NCBI GenBank assembly: GCA_964447495.1
Contig: CAYUTF010000016.1
Span: 11,396 to 53,464 of the forward strand
Length of the DNA stretch: 42,069 nt
Source of the DNA: an uncultured archaeon
Lineage (GTDB): Archaea; Asgardarchaeota; Lokiarchaeia; Sigyniarchaeales; SOKP01
Direction of reading: 5' to 3'
Shown: positions 27,428 through 36,564 of the stretch, piece by piece
Numbering within the stretch: position 1 is the stretch's first letter
Layout of the letters: the number at the start of each line of letters is the position of its first letter
Notes under the pieces: model-generated
Told to the model about the DNA's origin: nothing
Seen by the model: the letters and a program-made list of their open reading frames with translations, nothing else
The model's database searches: none
Position numbers and translations under genes: made by a program

Positions 27428-27766
27428 TTATCCTCCAATTGGTCTCAATACTACTTTAGCACCTTTTTTAGTCCTTATGACATCAACGAACTCGAGTTCG
27501 TTCATATTTACAAACCGTTTCGCTACATGATTACCAATAGATAAAGCATGTCTACCTTCTAAAAGCATCCTTAGTGTCACTCTTCCACCTTTATGTACAA
27601 CTTCAAAAATATATCTATCAATGTCTCGTCCCTTTGTTGCACGTTCGCCCATGGATTTCAATGCCCTAAAAATACGTTTTTCATTATTAGATAAAACCTG
27701 TTCTTCCTTAACTATCAATGATTTATTATCAATAAATTTAGATAAATCATTTAAATATTTTGTCAT
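27428..27766 (-). CDS. hypothetical protein
   Basis: 112 aa, AAGGAG SD. Confidence 0.55.
   Translation of the reverse strand: MTKYLNDLSKFIDNKSLIVKEEQVLSNNEKRIFRALKSMGERATKGRDIDRYIFEVVHKGGRVTLRMLLEGRHALSIGNHVAKRFVNMNELEFVDVIRTKKGAKVVLRPIGG
27485..27502. repeat. palindrome copy 4, AACGAACTCGAGTTCGTT
   Basis: 18-bp perfect inverted repeat inside a CDS (encodes NELEFV); 60 nt upstream of the next ATG. Confidence 0.95.
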
Positions 27767-27808
27767 CTTACCGACTCCTTAATAAAAATTCAGTTTGATG
27801 CACCATAA

Positions 27809-28288
27809 TCATCCAATTATCATTCCAACCCTACCAATTTTATCACGAACAGGATTTTTCTTTATTTTTCTAAACAAATGATTCATCGATGAAATATTAA
27901 CTGTACCATCAGCTGTTATGGAAAACCATTTTTTCATATCTCTTACTACAGAATATAAACTAGTAATTAAAGCATCTTCATTCAATAATTTAGTATCATA
28001 ACGGTACCAAAAACTAAATGCATTTCTTGTCCATTCCACCCTAATAACAATAGCATTTTTTTCATCTGATGGAACATAAATATAAATTCTTATCTCACCA
28101 ACATTATCTCCTTTTTTATTATATAATGGAGATAACATCATCATTATATATCCACCAGGTAAAGATTTTGGAACCGGAGAAATAAAAGCTCTTTCAATAA
28201 ATCTCTTATCAAGACTCTTGCGTAAAACCCTCATAAGTCTCACAATAATATCTTTTCTAGTTAATATTGGTGTTGTCTCAGATTCCAT
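27809..28288 (-). CDS. hypothetical protein
   Basis: 159-aa ORF following the tail tubes. Confidence 0.55.
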   Translation of the reverse strand: MESETTPILTRKDIIVRLMRVLRKSLDKRFIERAFISPVPKSLPGGYIMMMLSPLYNKKGDNVGEIRIYIYVPSDEKNAIVIRVEWTRNAFSFWYRYDTKLLNEDALITSLYSVVRDMKKWFSITADGTVNISSMNHLFRKIKKNPVRDKIGRVGMIIG

Positions 28289-28298
28289 ATTTATTACT

Positions 28299-28856
28299 CT
28301 ATACTGGATCTAACAATGTAAATTCTGTCATAGCTTCTGGCTGAATCTCTAATTCAGCCAAACTAACTTCACCACTTCTACCATCAAAATCTGACCCAGA
28401 TTTATACCTTGTTGGTATAGAATTCCAAAGAAGCCACGCTTTACCAGGAAGAAATATACCAGCAGACAACGGAAATTGAAATCCTTCAGCCACATTTGGA
28501 AAAGGACTATCAGATAATCTAATATTCGTAAAATGAAGCAATAACAAATGTCTATTTGTAACCTCTAAACCAGTTATTGCCCTATACATCCATTCCCACA
28601 TAGTATCATCAAAACCACGAACACCTCTTGTTAATACTATTGGATCAACTTGTCCTCCAGAATAAGCATATTTCCGAAACATAGAATTGATCTGTTTTAT
28701 ATTATCAACTTCAGCGGTATATTGCGGTGCTGTAATACTTGAAAAACCTAAAAATGGTGTTCCTAAAACCCAAAAAGGAGGTGACAAACTTGGAACTACA
28801 TCAAATAGCCAAAATTTATGAGTTTGCATAAAATCCAATAAACGATTTCTGGCCAT
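28299..28856 (-). CDS. tail tube protein 2 (T4 gp19 family)
   Basis: GFSSITAP, IVLTRGV, MWEWM and AWLLWNSIPTRYKSGSDFDGRSGEVSLAELEI. Confidence 0.88.
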   Translation of the reverse strand: MARNRLLDFMQTHKFWLFDVVPSLSPPFWVLGTPFLGFSSITAPQYTAEVDNIKQINSMFRKYAYSGGQVDPIVLTRGVRGFDDTMWEWMYRAITGLEVTNRHLLLLHFTNIRLSDSPFPNVAEGFQFPLSAGIFLPGKAWLLWNSIPTRYKSGSDFDGRSGEVSLAELEIQPEAMTEFTLLDPV

Positions 28857-28877
28857 TTATACACCGTAACGAAAATA

Positions 28878-29405
28878 TTAAGAATATTTCACTACAAATT
28901 TTTCAACAGCTAAATCAACCTCTCCTAATGAAACATCTCCAGCTGTAGAATCTAAATCTCCATTTGGTTTAGCACGAATAGCAAAACATTCTCCACATTC
29001 AATTCTACGAATATCATCACCAACTGTAGCTGATGTAGCTAAATCCATCTCAGACCTCTGATAATGATATATTATTACATCTGCTCGATATTCCGCACCT
29101 TCAACAGATGCCATAACCATATCATAGAATGTAGTATCACGTTTTGTAATACCTCTCATTAAAGTCAATTCTGATACAGTAGGTGGTCCAGGATATTTTT
29201 CTGTCCACTTAAAAATACCTTCCCTATATTCTGCTGCTTCAACAGACAATTCAGGAATTGTAACAGATTGAAATCCTGCTTGACCATTTGTATCATGTCC
29301 ATCACGGTCAGATTGCACACTAGGTTGAAATGGGTCACCCTCACCATTATTTGCAACCACATGATACCTGAAATTTTGCATAAAATCTGTATTAGCTGCT
29401 CGCAT
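28878..29405 (-). CDS. tail tube protein 1 (T4 gp19 family)
   Basis: DFMQNFRYHV, AGFQSVT, EYREG...KYPG...LTLMRG and DLDSTAGDVSL. Confidence 0.92.
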   Translation of the reverse strand: MRAANTDFMQNFRYHVVANNGEGDPFQPSVQSDRDGHDTNGQAGFQSVTIPELSVEAAEYREGIFKWTEKYPGPPTVSELTLMRGITKRDTTFYDMVMASVEGAEYRADVIIYHYQRSEMDLATSATVGDDIRRIECGECFAIRAKPNGDLDSTAGDVSLGEVDLAVEKFVVKYS

Positions 29406-29417
29406 TTTAATAACTCC

Positions 29418-30146
29418 TTATGGTCTGGCCATTCCAGGAGGCCGACTATCTCTACCTAAAGATGTAGCAAAATCAAAAATACTTGCTGACCATCCGTTTT
29501 CTAAAATAAACATTATTCTACCAGCATCTGACAATGTACCAGTACCAACTACTTTAAACTTACAACCAGGAGCAACAATAATCCCAAAATCCTTCCATTC
29601 CCTAAATGCGTTTCCTGATACAGGAGTCTCACTACCAGCAAATACAGACTTAGAATCTCTATCAACGATATAAAATGAAACAGCAGTAATACCAGGTGCA
29701 GTAATCAAAACATCTCTAACTTTGAAACCATCTACAGCAATTGTTTCATCTATATCAATCAATCCACCATCTGCTAAATTATAATATCGTCTATAACGAC
29801 CCCTTCTAACAGTTTCTCCTGAATCAAAATCTCCTATTAATGTAACAATGCCATCAACATCACAAGTAGCACCAGATGGCGCTCCTGTAATAGTCAATCC
29901 ATCAGTAGGTGCAATTCCACTTGTCAATACAATAATCATACTTCCAGTAGTTCCATTATCCACCAATACAGCTAACAGTCCTGTTCCACCAGTCCAAGAT
30001 AATGCATCACCAACAACAAATGGACCACTTGACTCATTGTCATAATCAAACGAATATTCTGTACCGACTGGGTCAACACCTGATAATGACGCACCTATCA
30101 AAAATTCATGAATAAGAACATTAGGAATTACTTTTATGTTACCCAT
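29418..30146 (-). CDS. putative virion structural protein
   Basis: 242 aa between sheath and tube; GPFVVGDAL / TITGAPSGAT module resembles repeats in the 823-aa protein. Confidence 0.5.
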   Translation of the reverse strand: MGNIKVIPNVLIHEFLIGASLSGVDPVGTEYSFDYDNESSGPFVVGDALSWTGGTGLLAVLVDNGTTGSMIIVLTSGIAPTDGLTITGAPSGATCDVDGIVTLIGDFDSGETVRRGRYRRYYNLADGGLIDIDETIAVDGFKVRDVLITAPGITAVSFYIVDRDSKSVFAGSETPVSGNAFREWKDFGIIVAPGCKFKVVGTGTLSDAGRIMFILENGWSASIFDFATSLGRDSRPPGMARP

Positions 30147-30155
30147 GTTTTACTC

Positions 30156-32948
30156 CTACGATGTAAGAGAACGCTGTTGAAAACGAAATACAATGAATTC
30201 AGCCGGCTTATTAGGCGCAATCCCAACATCACAGAATACAAGACCTTGGTCCACTGTATTCTGAGGATTATTTGACCTGTCACAAATAACAAAAAATGAT
30301 TCTTCTGGACTATTACCAGCAAAATATCCTGACTGATAAAGACCCAATAAGAACGATACAACTTGTGTCCTAATAGCACTCCATAAAGATGAACCATTAT
30401 TTTTAAATATATGCAAATGTGTACTATTAAACACTGACTTCTCAACAAACATAAAGAGTCTTCTCATTTGAATATATGGCCATTCACCACCAGCTATATC
30501 CAATGTTCTAGCACCCCATACAACCCGTCCAGTATGCGACCAACTAACTAATGCATTAATCTTTTCTTTATATATAATCCCAACCTGTGTATCAGTAAGT
30601 TCAACTTCTAAACCTGTTGACCAATTTAGAACACCTTTTTCAGTTCCAGCAGGAGCTTCTCCAACATTTTTCATTGTATCTGTTCTTGCGTAAACCCCAG
30701 CTATATGACCTCCAACAGGAATATCCTGATTTACACCACTAACAGGGTCCTTAATTTTTATGTGCGGATAATAAAGAGCAGCATATGAAGTATTCTTATT
30801 CAATTGGAATTTTTTCCAATTAACTGCTTCATGATAGGTCAAACCATGAGGAACCGTCAAAATAACAAATTTATCCTTCACCAATTCAGCATATGTAATA
30901 AGTGCATCAGCAACATATGTATCTGTCTGAAAATCAGCAGCAACAAGTTGCATTAATGCATTCACTTTTCCAAAAGCATATATACCTTCCTGGTCAACCG
31001 CCAAAGATGGCCCAACCACATCATCACTTGAAACAGCCGTTCCATCAGACCCACCCGTTAATACTGTAGATATTTCATCAGATGGATTTGTATAATAATC
31101 AGCTGTTTGAGAATATGCTCCAACTGGTGCCGCAGAAGGATTACCCTCAATTTTCCATGTTAAATCAACAACACCAGTTGTATAATTAACAGTATTTACA
31201 CCAGAAACAAGATTAAGCGAAAACTTAGCAGGATACCCAGTTGCTTGAGTATCTGACATTACCATATTCCCATCCGCATCATCCTCCAATGCAATTGGAA
31301 CTGCATATATACAACCAAACTTTATTTCTGACCCAACAACAGTAACATCAGTTGACCATGCCGCTACTTCCTGTATTGTAATCAAATCATCAGTTGTAGG
31401 GCTTGCACCAGTAATTTGACCAGTCGTATAATTAATAGTAGCTAATTTACCTGATACACCATCCCATAAATTACCTGAACCATCATCTATAACATGAATA
31501 GTTGCAGGACCAGCAATAGTCAATTCCATTACAACAGAACCAGGAACAATCTGAACCGGATTTGATGCATTACCAGGTGATATTACAGATTCTTCACCAC
31601 CAGAATCAGCAGTACCTATCCCTATCTTTGTTGATGCTTCAATAACAGCATATAAATCACCAATTAACCATGTAACAGCACCACCTGTTAAAATACCTGT
31701 AATTGTTGTAGCCGTATTAGCTGTAATAACAGCAGAAGCTCCTTTTGATATGTTTACAACAATTTTACCAACTAAATTATCTACTGCCCCACCACCCGTA
31801 AAATTTGCTCCAGAATCTGTAAGAACGGCATTATCTGATGTAGCAGCTCCAGTAAAAGACACTAGTCCATCAGCCATTTGAAAATTCATATTCAAAGTTT
31901 TCTCAAATGGCGCATTTGCCAATGTATATTCCCAAGCCTTTATTGTTCCGTCATATGCTACAGGAGGAGTAGAAGTACTACCTTGTGGTAATTGAGTATC
32001 AGAAATATCCTCAGACGTAATTTGTGTTCCTGCAAGCGCTGTAGGATTCATTCCGTTTCCATAATCAACTACTTCGATATAATCAGACCCAGCACCATCA
32101 GCATTTATTACTGTAACAACATAATTAGGATCATCTGAATCATCAAATACAAGATCTGCCCATGTTTCTACAATAGACCATGACCTATTTGTTGCATCAT
32201 AATTTACATCCTCTTCTACAATAACTGTAAATCTTGTCCACCTAGCTTCAGCCTGAACAAGATAATCATCACTTCCAGGAATTATCCTTACTCTGAAATA
32301 ATTCCCAGCCAATCCTGGCCATACCATTCTAAATCTAAATATCGTATAATTATATTCAGCAACAATATAATCTGTAGTACCTATAAATTGACCAGGTGTA
32401 GTCAACTCTACATGAATTTCACCTGTTTCCATATCAATAGAACCAGTACCACCATCAGCTGAAACACCCGATGTTGTATCTAACGTTAACACACCATCAG
32501 CATCAGCAACAAATACATTTTGATTTGCTGGTGTACCAGAATTTGTAAACGTCAATGTCAATGTAGCAGGAACAACCGGAGAATGATCTAATTCCAAATC
32601 ATAAATTCCTGTTCCTTCAGCAGTATTCGATACATTTTCACTTGATACTGTTGCAGCAAAATCCCAATAAGCTATTGCAGCATCACTAGCTACAACCCTA
32701 ACAAAATACAAAACTTGACCACCATTAGAAAAGAAAGCAAATGCTTCATGTGCTGACAATCCTTTCTCGGTAAAGCTACCAAATCTATTAGAAAATTCTT
32801 GAAAACTTGTTGAAATAATAGGCTCATTAATTGGACCTTTTGTTGAAAAACCAATAAGCCCCAAATTAGATGTCGAAACACCAGTAATCGGCCCAGGACT
32901 ACTAGGAACCTCTTGAATATACACTCCAGGATATGTGTAATCAGTCAT
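30156..32948 (-). CDS. tail sheath protein with large insertion domains
   Basis: N-terminal YPGVYIQEV...GFSTKGP; C-terminal YAALYYP, GHIAGVYARTD, VVWGARTL, YIQMRRL and GIAPNKPAEFIVFRF. Confidence 0.96.
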   Translation of the reverse strand: MTDYTYPGVYIQEVPSSPGPITGVSTSNLGLIGFSTKGPINEPIISTSFQEFSNRFGSFTEKGLSAHEAFAFFSNGGQVLYFVRVVASDAAIAYWDFAATVSSENVSNTAEGTGIYDLELDHSPVVPATLTLTFTNSGTPANQNVFVADADGVLTLDTTSGVSADGGTGSIDMETGEIHVELTTPGQFIGTTDYIVAEYNYTIFRFRMVWPGLAGNYFRVRIIPGSDDYLVQAEARWTRFTVIVEEDVNYDATNRSWSIVETWADLVFDDSDDPNYVVTVINADGAGSDYIEVVDYGNGMNPTALAGTQITSEDISDTQLPQGSTSTPPVAYDGTIKAWEYTLANAPFEKTLNMNFQMADGLVSFTGAATSDNAVLTDSGANFTGGGAVDNLVGKIVVNISKGASAVITANTATTITGILTGGAVTWLIGDLYAVIEASTKIGIGTADSGGEESVISPGNASNPVQIVPGSVVMELTIAGPATIHVIDDGSGNLWDGVSGKLATINYTTGQITGASPTTDDLITIQEVAAWSTDVTVVGSEIKFGCIYAVPIALEDDADGNMVMSDTQATGYPAKFSLNLVSGVNTVNYTTGVVDLTWKIEGNPSAAPVGAYSQTADYYTNPSDEISTVLTGGSDGTAVSSDDVVGPSLAVDQEGIYAFGKVNALMQLVAADFQTDTYVADALITYAELVKDKFVILTVPHGLTYHEAVNWKKFQLNKNTSYAALYYPHIKIKDPVSGVNQDIPVGGHIAGVYARTDTMKNVGEAPAGTEKGVLNWSTGLEVELTDTQVGIIYKEKINALVSWSHTGRVVWGARTLDIAGGEWPYIQMRRLFMFVEKSVFNSTHLHIFKNNGSSLWSAIRTQVVSFLLGLYQSGYFAGNSPEESFFVICDRSNNPQNTVDQGLVFCDVGIAPNKPAEFIVFRFQQRSLTS

Positions 32949-32974
32949 TTTTTACTCCATGTTGCCAAGCCGAT

Positions 32975-33439
32975 TTAACGGCGTCTCTTTATTTTTATTT
33001 TTTTATCAGTATCTTCTGACAACTCTTCAACTTTATCAACCTGGTCAACATCAAGAAATTCTTTCCCTTCAACTTTTATGTTTTCAACTAATTGTTGCTC
33101 TCCTTCTGTCAATTCAACACTAAACTTAGATTCTGGAGGAATATCTTTTGATACAGTAATACCTTTTTCAGCAATTATCTTAGCCATTTTCGATTTAGGC
33201 ACCACATCTTTTACTGTTTTTGTAGAAATTTCTTTTTTATCTACTTCTAAATTCTTTGGCCTACTCGTTCTACGCAAAAAACCTCTTCTACAAAGCGATT
33301 TAAATTCAATTGTAGATTCATCTATAATTTCAACTTTTGTATTTGGACGAACAGAAACAGAACGCCCCTTCTCTATCATTATCGGCCTAACTACTTTCCC
33401 TGAATAATAATACCAAGGCATATTAATCCTCCATAACAC
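32975..33439 (-). CDS. hypothetical protein
   Basis: 154-aa ORF between the terminator-like gene and the sheath. Confidence 0.5.
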   Translation of the reverse strand: MLWRINMPWYYYSGKVVRPIMIEKGRSVSVRPNTKVEIIDESTIEFKSLCRRGFLRRTSRPKNLEVDKKEISTKTVKDVVPKSKMAKIIAEKGITVSKDIPPESKFSVELTEGEQQLVENIKVEGKEFLDVDQVDKVEELSEDTDKKIKIKRRR

Positions 33440-34130
33440 TAACTGGAACGCCTAATTGAACACTAGAATATGGATCTATCATTGCAGGAGAACAAATTCC
33501 ATCAAAAGTATCAATCTCACCACGCACAGTAAAAGATAATGTCCAAGCAGCCGTCCTATCAGCAATATCAGCTAATTCTGATGCGTTAGAATATGACATG
33601 TCTCCAGTATCATATTCCCTTATATCTCCTAAACTATCAATAACTTTAAAATTAAACCATGGTGGTCTCATTTTTTTCATTACATGAGCCATCATTTTAT
33701 TAACTTCTTGTTTTCTCTCTGCATAAATAATCAAATCAAACGACAAATCATATGGGTCTGGCCTAACCTGTTCTTCATATTTACTATATCCTGCTATTGT
33801 ACCATTATCACCGTAAATAGGAATAGCATCTTTTGCCGGAGACCTCCCCACAGTACCAGCATATGGCTGTCTATCGAATGCATCATTCATACTATTTGAT
33901 TTGAAAACAAATGATGGAACAATAAAATCCTGAAATTCATCATCAGGAGAATCAAAAAAAACAGGAACCTTATTTTGAAATCTCTCAATATCTGTATTTA
34001 AACCACTCACATCCACAACATACTGTGCTCTTAGACTTCCGTCAATAGTATAATACACAATCTCAGCACCGATTGTGAGCATGCACCCTAAATCAAAATC
34101 TCTAATATCTAAGGTGCCTATTACTGTCAT
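33423..34130 (-). CDS. putative tail terminator / completion protein (gp15/Afp16-like)
   Basis: AFDRQ...PYDLSFDLIIYAE...WTLSFTVRGEID layout; position upstream of the sheath. Confidence 0.55.
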   Translation of the reverse strand: MTVIGTLDIRDFDLGCMLTIGAEIVYYTIDGSLRAQYVVDVSGLNTDIERFQNKVPVFFDSPDDEFQDFIVPSFVFKSNSMNDAFDRQPYAGTVGRSPAKDAIPIYGDNGTIAGYSKYEEQVRPDPYDLSFDLIIYAERKQEVNKMMAHVMKKMRPPWFNFKVIDSLGDIREYDTGDMSYSNASELADIADRTAAWTLSFTVRGEIDTFDGICSPAMIDPYSSVQLGVPVSVMED

Positions 34131-34141
34131 TAATCACTCTT

Positions 34142-34157
34142 ACGAACTCGAGTTCGC
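34142..34157. repeat. palindrome copy 5, ACGAACTCGAGTTCGC
   Basis: Intergenic; core at 34143-34156, 12 nt upstream of the ATG at 34130. Confidence 0.95.
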
Positions 34158-34162
34158 CTAAA

Positions 34163-34420
34163 TTACTCAGAATTATCTTCTTTATCTTTAGATTGTATAG
34201 ATGTCTGTACATTATCGTCACATCCATCGCAATCTATACCTATAATACCATCTTCAGCTGCTTTATTTATAAAATCATAAACCTTTTCTAGTTCTCCTCT
34301 GCTTCTATATAAAGCTCTTCCCATTAAATCATTTTCTACACCTAACAAAGTAATATTCAAATCATCTACTCTTGTAACTTTATCCTTGCCTGAATCAGTA
34401 TTATCAACCGCTTTTGTCAT
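34163..34420 (-). CDS. hypothetical acidic protein
   Basis: 85 aa, GAGGTG/AAGG SD. Confidence 0.5.
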   Translation of the reverse strand: MTKAVDNTDSGKDKVTRVDDLNITLLGVENDLMGRALYRSRGELEKVYDFINKAAEDGIIGIDCDGCDDNVQTSIQSKDKEDNSE

Positions 34421-34436
34421 CCTTCACCTCTCAACG

Positions 34437-35303
34437 TTATTTAGCAAATGGAGCTATCTCTTTTGCAAAACCCTCTCCGGATTTAATAACAGACAAACCA
34501 ATATTATCATATTCTGAAGATAAATTAAATATATTTTTATCACCAGTCTGTATATATTCTACAACTTTTGCCATGCACTTCATAGCATATTTTTTTGTTT
34601 TTTCTATTGCTGGTCTCCAATGTGCTATTTTCTTCTGGCCATCAAAACCAAATTCTTTTCTAAGGACATTATATCCTAAATCCTCAAAAACCTTAAGTCC
34701 TATTCCATTAATTGTTTCACCAATATCAACTTTTGGAGCACCTGCCTTTAAAAAATCTAACTCAATACGTTCTCTATTTGTAAATATCTTCTCTTGTAAT
34801 GCTAACAATTCATCTCCTCTAGCTAATCTAGAAATAATCTTTGCATGAGTAGATGTAACTCTAACAGGAACCATATTTGATGGCCATGGACCATATTTAT
34901 TTAATACAGAAACCCATTTAGGTGAAGCCATATGAGAATTAAAATATAACACAGTTTTTGTAGCATATTCTTCTGTAACTTCAGCTGTTTCACCATTCAA
35001 ATAAATAGCAATTACACTTTCATCACCATTATCATCAAGAATACCAATTCTCAAATCTTCAGCATATAATTTATCTTTACCATCAATATTAATTGATACT
35101 CTAGCTTTTTGTATTTCATTAACCATAAAAACAGCCACATCTAATAAAAAATATAATCTTGCATCACAAACTCTTCTTGGCCATTCATTTTCAATTTCAT
35201 TCATTAATTTCAACGTTTTAGATGTAGGAATGCATTGAATTATTGTTGACGCTTTCCTAGTACTTTTAAATCTTTTTATTTTTTTAATAACCATACTAAC
35301 CAA
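34437..35303 (-). CDS. hypothetical protein, possible neck / head-tail connector
   Basis: 288 aa; C-terminal EFG...AHWRPAI recalls neck-protein motifs; position upstream of the terminator-like gene. Confidence 0.4.
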   Translation of the reverse strand: MVSMVIKKIKRFKSTRKASTIIQCIPTSKTLKLMNEIENEWPRRVCDARLYFLLDVAVFMVNEIQKARVSINIDGKDKLYAEDLRIGILDDNGDESVIAIYLNGETAEVTEEYATKTVLYFNSHMASPKWVSVLNKYGPWPSNMVPVRVTSTHAKIISRLARGDELLALQEKIFTNRERIELDFLKAGAPKVDIGETINGIGLKVFEDLGYNVLRKEFGFDGQKKIAHWRPAIEKTKKYAMKCMAKVVEYIQTGDKNIFNLSSEYDNIGLSVIKSGEGFAKEIAPFAK

Positions 35304-35613
35304 ATAAGGCTGTTACTTGAAATGTTGCTGTATTACCACGACCAGTCCAACCAGGCATCTCAACATATGCTTGAATTCTATATGGACCTGCCTGGTCAAA
35401 ATCACCAACCTGAACAACATATTTAATACTTGTTGTTCCATAAATAGAACCAACCCATATAACTATAGTGCCATCTGGCTTTTCAACAATCAAATTTGTA
35501 ACCGTAGCTCCAGCATCTACCAAATCAACACAAGTATCAACAGTTATTTCAGTCCCTACATCACCAATATAATATTTACCATCAAGATCACAATTAGAAC
35601 AAACTGTAGACAT
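35296..35613 (-). CDS. Ig-like (BppU-type) virion domain protein
   Basis: VEKPDGT...KYVVQVGDFDQAGPYRIQAYV; likely ATG at 35613 overlapping the upstream TAA. Confidence 0.6.
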   Translation of the reverse strand: MSTVCSNCDLDGKYYIGDVGTEITVDTCVDLVDAGATVTNLIVEKPDGTIVIWVGSIYGTTSIKYVVQVGDFDQAGPYRIQAYVEMPGWTGRGNTATFQVTALFG

Positions 35614-35789
35614 TACGTACACTCCTCTAAATGAAATGCTGATGTCAAAATCAATCCTGGAGATATCATAGAAACCTCCTCTATCACCAATCCTATATTT
35701 GATACAATATTAACAGATATATTAAGATTAGATGTCAAATCTGCTTCTTTAGTAATTTTTGATACTAAACACAATCTTTCTTCTGACAT
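35613..35789 (-). CDS. small hypothetical protein, absent from the ORF track
   Basis: 58 aa, MSEERLCLVSKITKEADLTSNLNISVNIVSNIGLV...; TAATG coupling to the next gene. Confidence 0.45.
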   Translation of the reverse strand: MSEERLCLVSKITKEADLTSNLNISVNIVSNIGLVIEEVSMISPGLILTSAFHLEECT

Positions 35790-35935
35790 TGTGATACTAA
35801 TCCCAATCTAGTAGTAACTTTTGATACTAATCTTAAAATTTCTCTATAAATTTTTACTATTGCACCAGTAAACCCATAACCTCGAGTAATCAATAATTGC
35901 GTTGGACCTAATCCTCTTGTAACAATCCTATTCAA
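35765..35935 (-). CDS. small hypothetical protein, absent from the ORF track
   Basis: 56 aa from a TTG overlapping the upstream TGA: MNRIVTRGLGPTQLLITRGYG... Confidence 0.45.
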   Translation of the reverse strand: MNRIVTRGLGPTQLLITRGYGFTGAIVKIYREILRLVSKVTTRLGLVSQCQKKDCV

Positions 35936-36195
35936 CTTTTTATACCAATATCTTTTCTTAAATCATGTAAAACATCTACTAAATCATCACTAGCTTTTTC
36001 ATAAATCTTTCTAACTATTTCAAATCTCTTGTTATCAATTCCAGCTCTTTCAATACTTTTTGAAAAATGAAAAAGCTTACTGCCAAATGTTCCTCCACCA
36101 ATTTTCAACTTATCATTTATTTCTGTCCATGTTTTTTTTAATTCCTCAGATGGTGTTTTTCTTTTTTCTATCAATTCTCTCATATCTTTTGACAT
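35932..36195 (-). CDS. hypothetical protein
   Basis: 87 aa, AAGGAG SD. Confidence 0.5.
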   Translation of the reverse strand: MSKDMRELIEKRKTPSEELKKTWTEINDKLKIGGGTFGSKLFHFSKSIERAGIDNKRFEIVRKIYEKASDDLVDVLHDLRKDIGIKS

Positions 36196-36207
36196 ATCAA
36201 TTCTCCT

Positions 36208-36564
36208 TTAACTAACATCCCTAGCAAAAGCCCGTGCTGATTTCTCGGCATCTTTTATATTTCTTATTGTCTTACTACCATGTTTTACAAAAGGCGTTTT
36301 ATCATCACCAAAATTAGGCTCAAATATCTTATCACCAATTCCAAAACCACTTATTGCTCTATGTGACCATCCGTACCATTTTTGTTCTTTTTCAGAAAAA
36401 CCTATTGATTCAACACTGTCACTAGAATTACATTTTCTACCTATAATACCATGTTTTTCTTTAAAATTTTTAAGCCAGCCTAACTTTTCAACAATATCAC
36501 CAATTATTCTAACTGGCTTAGATTTCAACATCTCTGATTCATTAATATAATTCAAAGTTATCAT
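36208..36564 (-). CDS. hypothetical phage protein
   Basis: 118 aa; SIGFSEKEQKWYGWSHRA motif resembles a recurrent large-phage hypothetical protein (recalled, not verified). Confidence 0.55.
   Translation of the reverse strand: MITLNYINESEMLKSKPVRIIGDIVEKLGWLKNFKEKHGIIGRKCNSSDSVESIGFSEKEQKWYGWSHRAISGFGIGDKIFEPNFGDDKTPFVKHGSKTIRNIKDAEKSARAFARDVS

Noticed and set aside
4595-34130. Calling the locus a bacterial T6SS or stand-alone eCIS
   Set aside because: No membrane complex, ClpV or AAA+ ATPase is present; the tape measure, frameshifted chaperone and many small phage-like hypothetical genes favour a phage, although head genes are outside the window.
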